A DNA stretch of 64,000 nucleotides, from assembly GCA_031459915.1 (NCBI GenBank), contig JAVKHO010000008.1, positions 51,276-115,275 on the forward strand, given 5' to 3'. A program made the position numbers and the translations under genes. How positions within the stretch are numbered: position 1 is the stretch's first letter; every line of letters starts with the position of its first letter. The notes beneath the pieces were generated by a model, which saw nothing but the letters and a program-made list of their open reading frames with translations, was not told the DNA's origin and made no database searches. The stretch is from Candidatus Tepidifontimicrobium thermophilum (GTDB lineage: Bacteria; Sysuimicrobiota; Sysuimicrobiia; Sysuimicrobiales; Sysuimicrobiaceae). Of the stretch, positions 30,101-41,441 are shown piece after piece.

Positions 30101-31114
30101 TTGCGACGCGCCGCTTTCCGAGCCCTGGCTGTGTGCGTGGTGCTGTTGCTCCCGGGCCCGCGCACCGGCTCCACAGAGGTTCACAGGGCCACTGACCGCG
30201 CGGCTTCGGGTTCCGTGGTGTTCCGCGAGCCTCCGCGTCCGCGGCTGCCCGAGGTCGTCCAGCCTCCGGCGTTTCTGGTGGCCCGCGACAGGCCCCGTGG
30301 TTCACCGGCGAGCACCCCCAAGGCTGACCGGCGCCCGAAGAAGAGGGCTCCGCAGATGGCGGCTCAGGGGGTAGCGTCCCAGCGGTACACCGTGGTGGAG
30401 GGGGACACCCTGTGGGGAATCGCGCGCCGGTTCGGGACCACGGTGGACGCGCTGGTGGAGGTCAACGGGATCTCGGAGGCAGAGTTCCTCCGCCCGGGTC
30501 AGGTTCTTCGGGTCCCCTCCCCAGGCGAAGGTACCAGACGCCGCCCGGCGGTGGCGTCCACCTACACCGTCCGTAAGGGCGACACCCTGTGGGCCATCGC
30601 CCTCAAGACCGGGGTGCCGGTGGAGCAGCTGGCGGAGGTCAACGGGATCCGCGGGGACCGCCTCCAGATCGGGCAGAAGCTGGTGATCCCCACGGGCCCT
30701 GCCGCGGGCCCGCAGGCCGCCCGGGCTTTACCCCGCACCCGCGCGGCGGTGGCATACCTGTGGCCGGCCCGGGGTGTGGTGACCTCGCGGTTCGGCACCC
30801 GATGGCGCCGCCACCACACCGGGGTGGACATCGCGGCACCGCGCGGAACGCCCATCCACGCCGCGCGGGACGGGCGGGTGGTGCGGGCGGGCTGGTACGG
30901 CGGGTACGGACTGGTGGTGGTTCTGGACCACGGGGACGGTATGGAGACGTGGTACGGCCATGCCTCGGCAGTGCTCGTGCGGGTCGGACAGCAGGTGGAC
31001 CGCGGGCAGGTCATCGGCCGGGTGGGTTGTACGGGCGCGTGCACCGGCCCGCACGTGCACTTTGAGGTCCGGGTCCGTGGCCAGCCCGTAAACCCCCTGC
31101 GCTACCTGCCGTAG
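30101..31114 (+). CDS. LysM x2 + M23 peptidoglycan endopeptidase
   Basis: Two YTVxxGDTLW LysM repeats, plus HTGVD and GPHVHFE M23 motifs. Confidence 0.92.
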   Translation: MRRAAFRALAVCVVLLLPGPRTGSTEVHRATDRAASGSVVFREPPRPRLPEVVQPPAFLVARDRPRGSPASTPKADRRPKKRAPQMAAQGVASQRYTVVEGDTLWGIARRFGTTVDALVEVNGISEAEFLRPGQVLRVPSPGEGTRRRPAVASTYTVRKGDTLWAIALKTGVPVEQLAEVNGIRGDRLQIGQKLVIPTGPAAGPQAARALPRTRAAVAYLWPARGVVTSRFGTRWRRHHTGVDIAAPRGTPIHAARDGRVVRAGWYGGYGLVVVLDHGDGMETWYGHASAVLVRVGQQVDRGQVIGRVGCTGACTGPHVHFEVRVRGQPVNPLRYLP

Positions 31115-31245
31115 CCCTCTGGGTTGCCCACGCTGTCGTGCCCGGGTACTTCGGGATGGGGCGGGGGGGTTCCGACGTTTTCCCCGTTGAGGACTTAGAC
31201 CTGCTGGTTTGCTGGGGGCGGCCGCGGGTCCGGTAGGATGGAAGC

Positions 31246-32151
31246 GTGACAGGGCGTCTGAGCTCCCCACCGAGGGCCACCATCGGCGGTCAGGCGGTCC
31301 TCGAGGGCGTGATGATCCGCGGGCCCCACTGGGTCAGCACCGCGGTGCGCCGCCCGGACGGGGCCATCGCGGAGGAGGTGCTGCACCGACCGAGCGCGCT
31401 GGTCCGCAGGCGGTGGGCGCGGCTGCCGGTGGTCCGTGGGGCGGTGGTGCTGTGGGAGGCCCTGGTGCTGGGCACGCGGGCGCTCGTGTACTCCGCCAGC
31501 CAGGCGGTAGCGGGCGAGCTGGGACGGCCCCTCTCGAGCCGCGAGGTAGCCCTGAGCTTGGGGCTGGGCGTGGGCCTCGCGGTGGGCCTGTTCTTCGTGT
31601 TGCCCACGGTGTTGGTGCGGTGGGTGGATCCCGGTTGGGGGGTGGTGTCGTTCAACCTGGTGGAGGGGCTGGTGCGCGCTGGGGTCCTGGTGTTGTACGT
31701 GGGCGCGGTGGGGGCGTTCCCGGAGATCCGCCGGGTGTTCATGTACCACGGCGCCGAGCACAAGGTGGTGAACGCGTGGGAGCGCGGAGTGCCGCTGGTG
31801 GTGGACGAGGTGCAGAAGCAGAGCCGGTTCCACCCCCGGTGCGGGACGTCGTTCTTGCTGGTAGTGGTCCTGGTGGCGGTGGGGGTGTTCTCGCTGCTGG
31901 GCAAGCCGCCCCTGTGGGCGCGGGTGGTTTCGCGGGTGCTGCTGGTCCCGCTGATCGCGGGCGTGGCGTACGAGGTCATCCGGGCCGGGGCGCGGTCGCG
32001 GTGGCTGCGCCCCCTGGTGGCGCCGGGGATCTGGCTGCAGCGGTTGACCACGCGGGAACCGGATCCCCGCCAGGTGGAGGTGGCCATCCGCGCCCTGCAG
32101 GCGGTGCTGGATCGAGAGGACTCAGGGTCGTTGGAGCGGACGGTGGTGTGA
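31246..32151 (+). CDS. DUF1385 membrane protein (putative metal-dependent enzyme)
   Basis: [26 protein letters not shown] and LQRLTTREP. Usual position before prfA/prmC. Confidence 0.92.
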   Translation: MTGRLSSPPRATIGGQAVLEGVMIRGPHWVSTAVRRPDGAIAEEVLHRPSALVRRRWARLPVVRGAVVLWEALVLGTRALVYSASQAVAGELGRPLSSREVALSLGLGVGLAVGLFFVLPTVLVRWVDPGWGVVSFNLVEGLVRAGVLVLYVGAVGAFPEIRRVFMYHGAEHKVVNAWERGVPLVVDEVQKQSRFHPRCGTSFLLVVVLVAVGVFSLLGKPPLWARVVSRVLLVPLIAGVAYEVIRAGARSRWLRPLVAPGIWLQRLTTREPDPRQVEVAIRALQAVLDREDSGSLERTVV

Positions 32152-33236
32152 TGAAGAGCGTGCGGGATCTGCTGGAGGAGCGCGTGGCGCGGCTGGAGCA
32201 GCGGTATGAGGAACTGGGCCGGCTGCTCGGGGACCCGTCCGTCCTGCAGGATCCCGGACGGTACCGGGAGCTGGCCAAGGAGTACGCGGAGCTGGAAGAG
32301 GTGACCCAGCGGGCTAGGGCGCTGCGCCAGGTGGAGGCGGAGCGGGCCCAGGCCGAGGCCCTGCTACAGGACCCCGACCCGGCGCTGCGGGACCTGGCGG
32401 CCCAGGAGCTGGAGAGGCTGGACGGGTTGAGGCAGGCCCTGCGGTCGGAGCTGGAGGATCTGCTGGCACCCAGGGACCCGTACGACGACCGCAACATCTT
32501 CCTTGAGATCCGACCCGCCGCGGGCGGCGAGGAGGCCGCCTTGTTCGCCGGGGACTTGCTCCGGATGTACACCCGGTACGCAGAGCGGCGCGGGTGGAAG
32601 GTGGAGGTGCTGGAGCTGAGCCCCTCGGACCTGGGCGGGGTGAAGTCCGCCACGTTGAGCATCGCGGGCAAGGGGGCGTACAGCCGGTTGAAGTACGAGA
32701 GCGGCGTGCACCGGGTCCAGAGGGTCCCCGCCACCGAGGCCGCGGGCCGCATCCACACCTCCACCGCCACCGTGGCGGTGCTGCCGGAGGCGGAGGAGGT
32801 GGAGGTGGAGATCCGGCCGGAGGAGCTGGAGGTGGACACCTTCCGGGCTGGCGGCGCGGGCGGCCAGAACGTGAACAAGGTGGAGACCGCGGTGCGGATC
32901 AAGCACCTCCCCACGGGGATCGTGGTGACGTGCCAGGACGAGCGGTCCCAGCACCAGAACCGGGAGAAGGCCCTGCGGATCCTGCGGGCGCACCTGCTGG
33001 AGCTGCGGCGCCGGGAGCAGCAGGCGCGCATCGCGGCTACCCGGCGGCAGCAGGTGGGCACCGGGGAGCGCAGCGAGAAGATCCGGACGTACAACTTCCC
33101 GCAGAACCGCGTCACCGATCACCGGATCGGTCTGACCCTGCACCGCCTGGACGCAGTGCTGGACGGGGAGCTGGACCCCATCCTGGACGCCCTGGTGGCC
33201 CACGCCCGCGGCCAGGCGGCTCAGGCGGCGCGCTGA
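32151..33236 (+). CDS. prfA: peptide chain release factor 1
   Basis: PAT recognition motif (VPATE), GGQ and [14 protein letters not shown]. Confidence 0.97.
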   Translation: MKSVRDLLEERVARLEQRYEELGRLLGDPSVLQDPGRYRELAKEYAELEEVTQRARALRQVEAERAQAEALLQDPDPALRDLAAQELERLDGLRQALRSELEDLLAPRDPYDDRNIFLEIRPAAGGEEAALFAGDLLRMYTRYAERRGWKVEVLELSPSDLGGVKSATLSIAGKGAYSRLKYESGVHRVQRVPATEAAGRIHTSTATVAVLPEAEEVEVEIRPEELEVDTFRAGGAGGQNVNKVETAVRIKHLPTGIVVTCQDERSQHQNREKALRILRAHLLELRRREQQARIAATRRQQVGTGERSEKIRTYNFPQNRVTDHRIGLTLHRLDAVLDGELDPILDALVAHARGQAAQAAR

Positions 33237-33245
33237 AGGAAGCGC

Positions 33246-34151
33246 ATGCGGCCAGTTCCTCCCCGGACCGCTTTCTGCAAAAGCGCGGTACCCAGTAGCG
33301 TCCGCGAGGCGTACCTGTGGGGCAGGGAACACCTGAGCGCCTGCGGGGTGGAGGCGGCCGCCCTGGAGGCGGAGGTCCTGCTGCGCTGTGCCCTCGGGGT
33401 GACCCGGGCGCAGCTGTACGTGCGGTGGCCGGCCCCGGTGGAGGAGGGTGCCTGGCGCCGCTACGTGGAGCTGCTGGAGCAGCGCGGGTCCGGGAGGCCG
33501 CTGGCGTACCTGGTAGGCGAGCGGGAGTTCTGCGGGCTGCCGTTCTGGGTGGACGAGCGGGTGCTGGTGCCTCGACCCGAGACGGAGCACCTGGTGGAGG
33601 TGGTTCTGGAGGCCACGCGGGACGTGAAGGATCCCGCGTACGTGGACGTGGGCACGGGTAGCGGCGCGGTGGCCGTGGCGCTGGCGGTCCGTCGGCCGGA
33701 CGCCACGGTGTACGCCACGGACGTGTCCCGGGACGCCCTGGCCGTGGCGGAGCGGAACGCAGGACGCCACGGGGTGTCCGGGCGCGTGCAGCTGTTGCAC
33801 GGGGACGCGCTGGAGCCGTTGCTGCAGGCTGGCCTGCGGGCGCACGCGGTGGCGGCGAACCCGCCGTACGTGCCTCCCTCCGCGCGCTCGGAGCTGCCCC
33901 CGGAGGTGCTGGCCGAGCCGGAGGTGGCGGTGTTCGCGCCCGGCCCGCGCGGGGTTGAGCTGCACGAGCGGATCGCGGACCAGGCGCGGGCGGTGTTGCG
34001 GGAAAGCGGGGTCCTCGCGTTGGAGGTAGCGGCAAAGTGGGACCAGGCGCGGCAGGTCATGCGGACCCTGGAGCGGATGGGCTACCGGGAGGTGCGGGCG
34101 GTGAGGGATCTGGCGGGGCTGGAGCGCGTGGTGGTGGCGCGGTGGAGGTGA
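33246..34151 (+). CDS. prmC: release factor glutamine methyltransferase
   Basis: VLVPRPETE, DVGTGSGA and NPPY. Confidence 0.95.
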   Translation: MRPVPPRTAFCKSAVPSSVREAYLWGREHLSACGVEAAALEAEVLLRCALGVTRAQLYVRWPAPVEEGAWRRYVELLEQRGSGRPLAYLVGEREFCGLPFWVDERVLVPRPETEHLVEVVLEATRDVKDPAYVDVGTGSGAVAVALAVRRPDATVYATDVSRDALAVAERNAGRHGVSGRVQLLHGDALEPLLQAGLRAHAVAANPPYVPPSARSELPPEVLAEPEVAVFAPGPRGVELHERIADQARAVLRESGVLALEVAAKWDQARQVMRTLERMGYREVRAVRDLAGLERVVVARWR

Positions 34152-34243
34152 GCGATCGCCGGTTGCGGCGCTGGCCCCACGGCCGTACAGTGGGGCCGAG
34201 GCCCGCTTCGACCGGCCATCCGTTCGTGGAGGGACCTGAGCCT

Positions 34244-34915
34244 ATGGTGGAGCTGCTGTTGAACCCCGTAGCGGTGCTGCGTGTGGACGCCGACGCTCCA
34301 GTTCCCAGAAGGGCTGTGGAGGCCCTCCGGGCGGGGGACGTGGTGGTTTACCCCACCGACACCGTGTACGGGCTGGGCTGTGACGCCACCAACCCATCCG
34401 CCGTCCGCCGGGTCTTCGAGATCAAGGGAAGGCCTCCGGACCAGCCCGTGCCCGTGCTGCTCGCGGACGTCCGACAGGCCGATGAGCTCGCGGAGATCCC
34501 TGAAGGAGCTCGCAGGCTCATGAAGCGGTTCTGGCCCGGACCGCTCACGGTCGTGCTGCCGTCCCGGGGTGTGGTGGCGGAGCTGGTCACCGCGGGGACA
34601 GGCACCGTGGGCCTGCGGGTGCCGGACCACCCCGTGCCGAGGGCACTGGTGAGGGCGTGCGGGTCCCCGCTGGTGGGGACAAGCGCCAACTCTACGGGAA
34701 GGCCCGCGCCGGTGACGGTGGCGCAGGTGCTGTCGGACCTGGACGGCCGTGTGGGCCTGGTGCTGGACGGCGGCCGCTTGGCGGGCCGGCCCTCCACCGT
34801 GGTGGACTGCACCGGGGTCCGGCCGCGGGTGCTGCGGCCCGGCCCCATCCCTGCGGAGGTCGTGGAGCGCGTGTGGGACGCCGGGCAGGTGGAGGTGGTC
34901 TCGGCCGCGAAGTAA
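34244..34915 (+). CDS. tsaC: L-threonylcarbamoyladenylate synthase (Sua5/TsaC)
   Basis: PTDTVYGL, KGRP, FWPGPLT and TSAN. Start estimated. Confidence 0.93.
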   Translation: MVELLLNPVAVLRVDADAPVPRRAVEALRAGDVVVYPTDTVYGLGCDATNPSAVRRVFEIKGRPPDQPVPVLLADVRQADELAEIPEGARRLMKRFWPGPLTVVLPSRGVVAELVTAGTGTVGLRVPDHPVPRALVRACGSPLVGTSANSTGRPAPVTVAQVLSDLDGRVGLVLDGGRLAGRPSTVVDCTGVRPRVLRPGPIPAEVVERVWDAGQVEVVSAAK

Positions 34916-34925
34916 CGACCCGGCC

Positions 34926-35378
34926 GTGCGCATCGCCATCGCCAGCGACCACGCGGGCTACGCCCTCAAAGAGGAGCTGAAACGGTTCGTCCAGGACCTG
35001 GGACACGAGGTCCAGGACTTCGGCACCCACACTCCGGACCCCGTGGACTACCCGGACTTCGTGGTCCCCGCGGCGGAAGCGGTGGCGCGGGGGGAATGTG
35101 ACCTCGGCATCGTGCTGGGCGGCAGCGGCAACGGGGAGGCCATGGCGGCCAACAAGGTACCGGGCGTGCGGTGCGCGGTGTGCTGGGAGTCCTACACCGC
35201 GCGGATGGCGAGGGCCCACAACGACGCCAACGTGCTGTCCCTGGGGGCGCGGGTGATCGGGCCGGAGCTGGCCCGGGAGATCGTGCGCACGTGGCTGGAG
35301 GCCCGCTACGAGGGCGGCCGGCACGACCGGCGGCTCGCGAAGATCCGGGCGGTGGAACGAAAGTACGGGAGGGGGTGA
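34926..35378 (+). CDS. rpiB: ribose-5-phosphate isomerase B
   Basis: IASDHAG, DYPD, GGSGNGE (Glu-type), ANKVPG, HNDAN and GGRH.RR. Confidence 0.95.
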   Translation: MRIAIASDHAGYALKEELKRFVQDLGHEVQDFGTHTPDPVDYPDFVVPAAEAVARGECDLGIVLGGSGNGEAMAANKVPGVRCAVCWESYTARMARAHNDANVLSLGARVIGPELAREIVRTWLEARYEGGRHDRRLAKIRAVERKYGRG

Positions 35379-35385
35379 ACCTGTC

Positions 35386-36660
<1,275 letters not shown>

Positions 36661-36706
36661 GGAGCGTGGGGGGCTTCGGGCGGGTCAGGCGGAAAGGGGT
36701 GCGAGG

Positions 36707-37336
36707 GTGTCCAAGGTCTTCGTGGTGGATCACCCCCTGATCCAGCACAAGGTGGCGATCCTGCGCGACCGCAACACCCCCCACAAGGAGTTCCGGGAGC
36801 TAGTGGAGGAACTCAGCATGCTCCTGGCCTTCGAGGCTACCCGGGACCTGCGGACGCGGGACGTGGAGGTGGAAACGCCCCTCGCCCGGACCCGGGGGAA
36901 GTCCATCGCCGGCTACGAGCTGGCGGTGGTCCCCATCCTGCGGGCGGGTCTGGGGATGGAGCCGGGCATCACCAAGCTGATGCCCACGGCGCGGGTGGGG
37001 CACGTGGGCATCTGGCGGGACCCCGAGACGTTGGAACCGGTCACCTACTACGTCAAGCTGCCCCCGGACATCGCGGAGCGGGAGGTCATGGTGTTGGACC
37101 CCATGCTGGCCACAGGCGGGTCCGCGGCGGAGTGCGTGCGGCTCATCAAGGAGCGCGGGGCGACGCGGTTCAAGCTCATGTGCCTGATCGCGGCGCCCGA
37201 GGGCATCGCGCGGGTACACCGGGACCACCCGGACGTGGTCATCTACACCGCGGCGGTGGACGAGCGGCTCAACGACCACGGCTACATCCTCCCGGGCCTG
37301 GGGGACGCAGGGGACCGGCTGTTCGGCACCAGATAG
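36707..37336 (+). CDS. upp: uracil phosphoribosyltransferase
   Basis: [15 protein letters not shown] and [13 protein letters not shown]. Confidence 0.98.
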   Translation: MSKVFVVDHPLIQHKVAILRDRNTPHKEFRELVEELSMLLAFEATRDLRTRDVEVETPLARTRGKSIAGYELAVVPILRAGLGMEPGITKLMPTARVGHVGIWRDPETLEPVTYYVKLPPDIAEREVMVLDPMLATGGSAAECVRLIKERGATRFKLMCLIAAPEGIARVHRDHPDVVIYTAAVDERLNDHGYILPGLGDAGDRLFGTR

Positions 37337-37337
37337 G

Positions 37338-37817
37338 GTGGAGCGGCCCGGCTGGGACGAGTACTTCATGAGCATGGCGGCTTTGGCCGCCACGCGGTCC
37401 ACCTGTACCCGGCGGCGCGTGGGTGCCGTGGTGGTGAAGGACCGCATGGTGCTGTCCACCGGGTACAACGACACCCCGAGGGGACTCCGGAACTGCGGCG
37501 ACGGTGGCTGCGCGCGCTGTGCGGGGGCTACTCCGCCGGGGACCGGCCACGACACGTGCCTGTGTATCCACGCCGAGCAGAACGCCATCATCCAGGCGGC
37601 CTACCACGGGGTGGCCATCGCGGGGGCCACGCTGTACTCCACCTACCAGCCGTGCCTGGTGTGCGCGAAGATGATCGTGAACGCGGGGATCCGCCGGGTG
37701 GTGTACGCGGGCGACTATCCGGACCCCATGGCAGCCCGGCTCCTGCAGGAGGCGGGCGTGGAGCTCGTGCGGTACACGGGTCCCTTGCAGGCCCTGGCGC
37801 CGGCCGCCTTCCCCTGA
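37338..37817 (+). CDS. dCMP deaminase (ComEB-like)
   Basis: RPGWDEYFM, HAEQNA and PCLVC. Confidence 0.92.
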   Translation: MERPGWDEYFMSMAALAATRSTCTRRRVGAVVVKDRMVLSTGYNDTPRGLRNCGDGGCARCAGATPPGTGHDTCLCIHAEQNAIIQAAYHGVAIAGATLYSTYQPCLVCAKMIVNAGIRRVVYAGDYPDPMAARLLQEAGVELVRYTGPLQALAPAAFP

Positions 37818-37818
37818 G

Positions 37819-38490
37819 ATGGCGGCCCGGATCCTAGTGGTGGACGACGAGCCGCCCCTGGTCGACGCCATCCGGTTCGCCCTCCAGCGGGAGGGCCACG
37901 AGGTGGCGGAGGCCCTGGACGGCCTGCGGGCCCTGGAGCTGGCCCGGTCCGAGCGGTTCGACCTGATCCTACTGGACGTCATGCTGCCGGGCATGAGCGG
38001 GTTCGAGCTGTGCCGGATCCTGCGGCAGGACAGCGACGTCCCCATCGTGCTGCTCACCGCCCGGTCGGACGAGACCGACCGCGTGGTGGGGTTGGACCTC
38101 GGTGCGGACGACTACGTCACCAAGCCTTTCTCCATGCGGGAGCTCATGGCCCGGGTGCGGGCGGCCCTGCGTCGGCGGGGGATCCAGCAGACAGCTCCTC
38201 TGTCGGTGGGCGACCTGGTGTTGGACCCCGCGCGCCACGAGGTGCGTTGCGGCGGCCGGTCCTTGCCCCTGAGCCCCAAGGAGTACGACCTGCTGGAGGT
38301 CCTGTTGCGAAACGCACGGCGGGTCCTCAGCCGCGGCCAGCTGCTGGAGCGGGTGTGGGGCTACGACTATGAGGGGGACGAGCGCACCGTGGACGTGCAC
38401 GTCTCGTGGCTTCGGCGCAAGCTGCGGGAGGCGGGCTCCGCGGTGCGCATCGAGACCGTGCGCGGAGTTGGGTACCGTCTGGAACCCTGA
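37819..38490 (+). CDS. OmpR/PhoB-family response regulator
   Basis: ILVVDDE, LLDVMLP, GADDYVTKPF and a winged helix. Confidence 0.95.
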   Translation: MAARILVVDDEPPLVDAIRFALQREGHEVAEALDGLRALELARSERFDLILLDVMLPGMSGFELCRILRQDSDVPIVLLTARSDETDRVVGLDLGADDYVTKPFSMRELMARVRAALRRRGIQQTAPLSVGDLVLDPARHEVRCGGRSLPLSPKEYDLLEVLLRNARRVLSRGQLLERVWGYDYEGDERTVDVHVSWLRRKLREAGSAVRIETVRGVGYRLEP

Positions 38491-38517
38491 TCCGCCCTGT
38501 ACAGGGCACCCAGCATC

Positions 38518-39819
38518 GTGAGTCCCCGGACATGGTGGGTTCTGGCGGCGGTGGCCGGTGCCGCGGCCGCGTGGGCTTGGGCCGCGGCGGACCGGTGGGC
38601 TGCGGCCTTCGGGTGGCTGGCCTGCGTCGCATTCCTGGTGGCGGGCTGGCGGGAGTGGTCCTGGCGGCGGGCCGTTCGGGCTGTCGCGCAGGGACTCCGC
38701 GACCCGCGCGCCTTGGAGCGGGAGGGGGCTTCTGGCCGGGAGCTGGCCGCGGCGGTGGAGTCCGTGCTGCGGGAGGTGCGGGAGGACCTGCAACGGGCCC
38801 GGGCCCGGGGGAGCCACCTCCGGGAGCTGGTGGAGGCGCTCCCGTGGGGTCTCGTGGAGCTGGACCACCGGCGGCGGGCGGTGTGGGTGAACCGTCCCGC
38901 GGCGGCCCTGCTGGGCGTCCAGCGCGAGCAGGCGGCGGACACGTCCGCGGTGGCGCTCTTTCGACGCCACGAGGTGGACGAACTACTGGACCGTGCAGAG
39001 CGGGCCGGCGAGGCGGTGCGGGACCTGGAGCTGGGCGGCGTGCTGCAGGTGGTGGCCCGTCGGCTGGCCTCAGGCGGGTTCTTGCTCCTGGTGCAGGACG
39101 TGACCCAGGATCGTCGGGCGGAGGCGGTGCGGCGCGACTTCGTGGCCAACGTCTCCCACGAGCTGCGCACCCCCCTTGCGTCGGTGCGGGCCATGGCGGA
39201 GGCGCTGCGGGACGGCGCACTGGAAGACCCACAGCTGGCGGCCCGGTTCCTCGCTCAGATGCTCCAGGAGGTGGACCGTATGAGCCGGCTGGTGAACGAC
39301 CTGCTGGACCTGTCCGCCCTGGAGGCCGGGGTGGTGCGCCTGCGGTGGGAGGACCTCGAGGCGGAGGAACTGCTGGAGGCGGTGGCGCGGCGGTACGCGG
39401 CCGCAGCCGAGCGGAAGGGAGTGGCCCTGGTGGTCCAGCCCGGAAAGGCGCGGGTCCGGGGCGACCGGGATCGGCTGGAGCAGGCCCTTGGGAACCTGGT
39501 GGACAACGCGGTCAAGTACACACCGTCTGGCGGCCAGGTGGTGCTCAAGGTAGAGCTACGCGACGGGGAGGTGTCTCTGGTGGCGGAGGACACGGGCCCA
39601 GGGATCCCTCCAGAGCACCTCCCCCGGGTGTTCGAGCGCTTCTACCGCGCCGACCCTTCCCGCAGCCGGGCGGAGGGAGGGACAGGGCTGGGGCTGGCCA
39701 TCACCAAGCACATCGCCCTGGCTCACGGGGGCCGGGTGGAGGCGGCCAACCGCCCGACCGGCGGCGCCCGGCTGGCGGTGGTCCTGCCTGCGGCCGGCGG
39801 CGGAACGCGGGAACGGTAG
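38518..39819 (+). CDS. PhoR-like PAS sensor histidine kinase
   Basis: RRDFVANVSHELRTPL H-box, NLVDNAVKY, and G-boxes. Confidence 0.93.
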   Translation: MSPRTWWVLAAVAGAAAAWAWAAADRWAAAFGWLACVAFLVAGWREWSWRRAVRAVAQGLRDPRALEREGASGRELAAAVESVLREVREDLQRARARGSHLRELVEALPWGLVELDHRRRAVWVNRPAAALLGVQREQAADTSAVALFRRHEVDELLDRAERAGEAVRDLELGGVLQVVARRLASGGFLLLVQDVTQDRRAEAVRRDFVANVSHELRTPLASVRAMAEALRDGALEDPQLAARFLAQMLQEVDRMSRLVNDLLDLSALEAGVVRLRWEDLEAEELLEAVARRYAAAAERKGVALVVQPGKARVRGDRDRLEQALGNLVDNAVKYTPSGGQVVLKVELRDGEVSLVAEDTGPGIPPEHLPRVFERFYRADPSRSRAEGGTGLGLAITKHIALAHGGRVEAANRPTGGARLAVVLPAAGGGTRER

Positions 39820-39824
39820 CCGGC

Positions 39825-41441
39825 TCAGCCAGACCGCGCACCCACGCCCGATACGGCACCAGTCCCGAAGACCCGCTGGTAGACGTCCTCCGCGTGGCTG
39901 GTGGGTAGCGGCTCCGCCTCCACCATGCGGTACGTGCGCCGGCCCTGGGCGTCCCGCTCCGCCCGCAGGAACAGCACGGAGCCGGATCGCCGGGCGCGGA
40001 AGCGATCCGCCAGTTCGAAGAAGTGAGTAACGAAGAACACGCGGACCCCCGCTTCCGTCAACGCGTCCAGAACCTGGCAGGCGATCTCCGACCCCTCGCG
40101 CTCGTGGGTGGCGGAGAAGGACTCGTTGCACAGGAACACCGAGCGCGCGGTGGCGAGGTCCACGAGGGTTCGCATGCGACGGAGTTCCTCCACGAACTTG
40201 CCGGACTCCAGGCGCGGGTCCTCCTCCCGCTTGAAGTGGGTCAGCACCCCGTCACAGACGCTTACGGCGAAGGACTGGGCGGGCACGAACAGGCCCGCCT
40301 GCGCCATCAGCCAGGCGATCCCCACGCTCCGGAGGAAGGTGGTCTTGCCCCCGGAGTTGGGCCCGGTGATCAGGACGAGGCGCTTGCCGTTCGCCTCGAG
40401 GTCGTTGGGGACGACAGTTCGGTCGGTTGCCAGGGCCAGCACGGGGTCGTAGAGGCCTCGGGCGGAAAGGTTGTAGCCTGCGGGATGCACGGAGGGCAGG
40501 CAGGTGGGGAATCCGCGCCGGCGAAGCTGAGTGTGCAGCCGCAGACCGCCCACGTAGAAGGCGAGTTCGGCGCGCAGGCAGGAGAAGAAGTCCCGGACGT
40601 GGTCGGCGGCCTGGCCCACGGCCGTGGCTGCTGAGGCCAGAGCCCGGTCCCGCAGGGCCTCCAGGGCCTTGACACCCGCCTCATCGCGAGGAGACAGCTC
40701 GAAGGTGTAGGCATCCTGGCCCCGACGGAACCACGCCTTCCACCGCTCCAGCCAGCTCCGGGGGCCCTCCGGAGGCGGGTGCAGGAGGAGGTCGGTGGGC
40801 TTGTTGGCAGGCCCAAGACGCGCGCTCCAAAGGTGGCCGTGTGGTAGCCTCAGAGCGTCCAGGTGGTGTTGCATCTCACCGAGATAGGAGTCCTCCAGGT
40901 CACGGTGCAGCGCTGCGAACAAGCGCCTCCAGCCCTCGCTGTGGAAGCGAGGCGCGTGGCGATCCGCGGCGGACTTCAGCCGGCGGAGGGAGCCCAGCAG
41001 CGCCGCGAGAGTCCCGACGGACTCGCGCAGCACCCAGTCGGGGTAGCGGGCGAGGACGCCCAGATACCGGCCTTTGAGTTTGTCTGCGGCCTCCAGACTG
41101 ACCCCATACAGCTCCAGAACAGCGTCCGGGTTGTCCAGACAGTCTGCCAGTACGGCCTGTCGGTGGGCCACCACAGCAGGGTCTGCGGACGTGCCCTCCA
41201 GCAGGAGCCTCCGGCTGACCTCGAAGACCAGGTCGTCCTCCCCGGCCATGGCCTCCAGGAGGGGTAACAGCCCCAGGTCCTGGACTAGGTCGTCCACGTT
41301 TGGGGGAAGTCCCGCGGAAGGATCGAAGCCTGGGGGAGGGGCAGTGTGGTGGCCGGCCCGCAGGCCCGCTCGGACCGTGGCGGCCTGCAGGGCCCAGCGC
41401 CAGTCGAAATCCCGGTCGGGGTACAGTAGGCGCGGGGTCAT
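39825..41441 (-). CDS. MutS-domain-V ATPase lacking the mismatch-binding domain (MutS4-like subunit B)
   Basis: ITGPNSGGKTT, THFKREE, NESFSAT and VTHF. About 540 aa with no N-terminal domain I. Confidence 0.85.
   Translation of the reverse strand: MTPRLLYPDRDFDWRWALQAATVRAGLRAGHHTAPPPGFDPSAGLPPNVDDLVQDLGLLPLLEAMAGEDDLVFEVSRRLLLEGTSADPAVVAHRQAVLADCLDNPDAVLELYGVSLEAADKLKGRYLGVLARYPDWVLRESVGTLAALLGSLRRLKSAADRHAPRFHSEGWRRLFAALHRDLEDSYLGEMQHHLDALRLPHGHLWSARLGPANKPTDLLLHPPPEGPRSWLERWKAWFRRGQDAYTFELSPRDEAGVKALEALRDRALASAATAVGQAADHVRDFFSCLRAELAFYVGGLRLHTQLRRRGFPTCLPSVHPAGYNLSARGLYDPVLALATDRTVVPNDLEANGKRLVLITGPNSGGKTTFLRSVGIAWLMAQAGLFVPAQSFAVSVCDGVLTHFKREEDPRLESGKFVEELRRMRTLVDLATARSVFLCNESFSATHEREGSEIACQVLDALTEAGVRVFFVTHFFELADRFRARRSGSVLFLRAERDAQGRRTYRMVEAEPLPTSHAEDVYQRVFGTGAVSGVGARSG

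Noticed and set aside
31115..31245. Possible ncRNA, terminator or rpmE remnant between the M23 gene and DUF1385
   Set aside because: No convincing stem, known motif or L31-like ORF. Only a -10 element is seen.
31209..32150. 675-aa RF1 with an N-terminal extension
   Set aside because: The extension is an off-frame overlap of DUF1385. prfA begins at about 32151.
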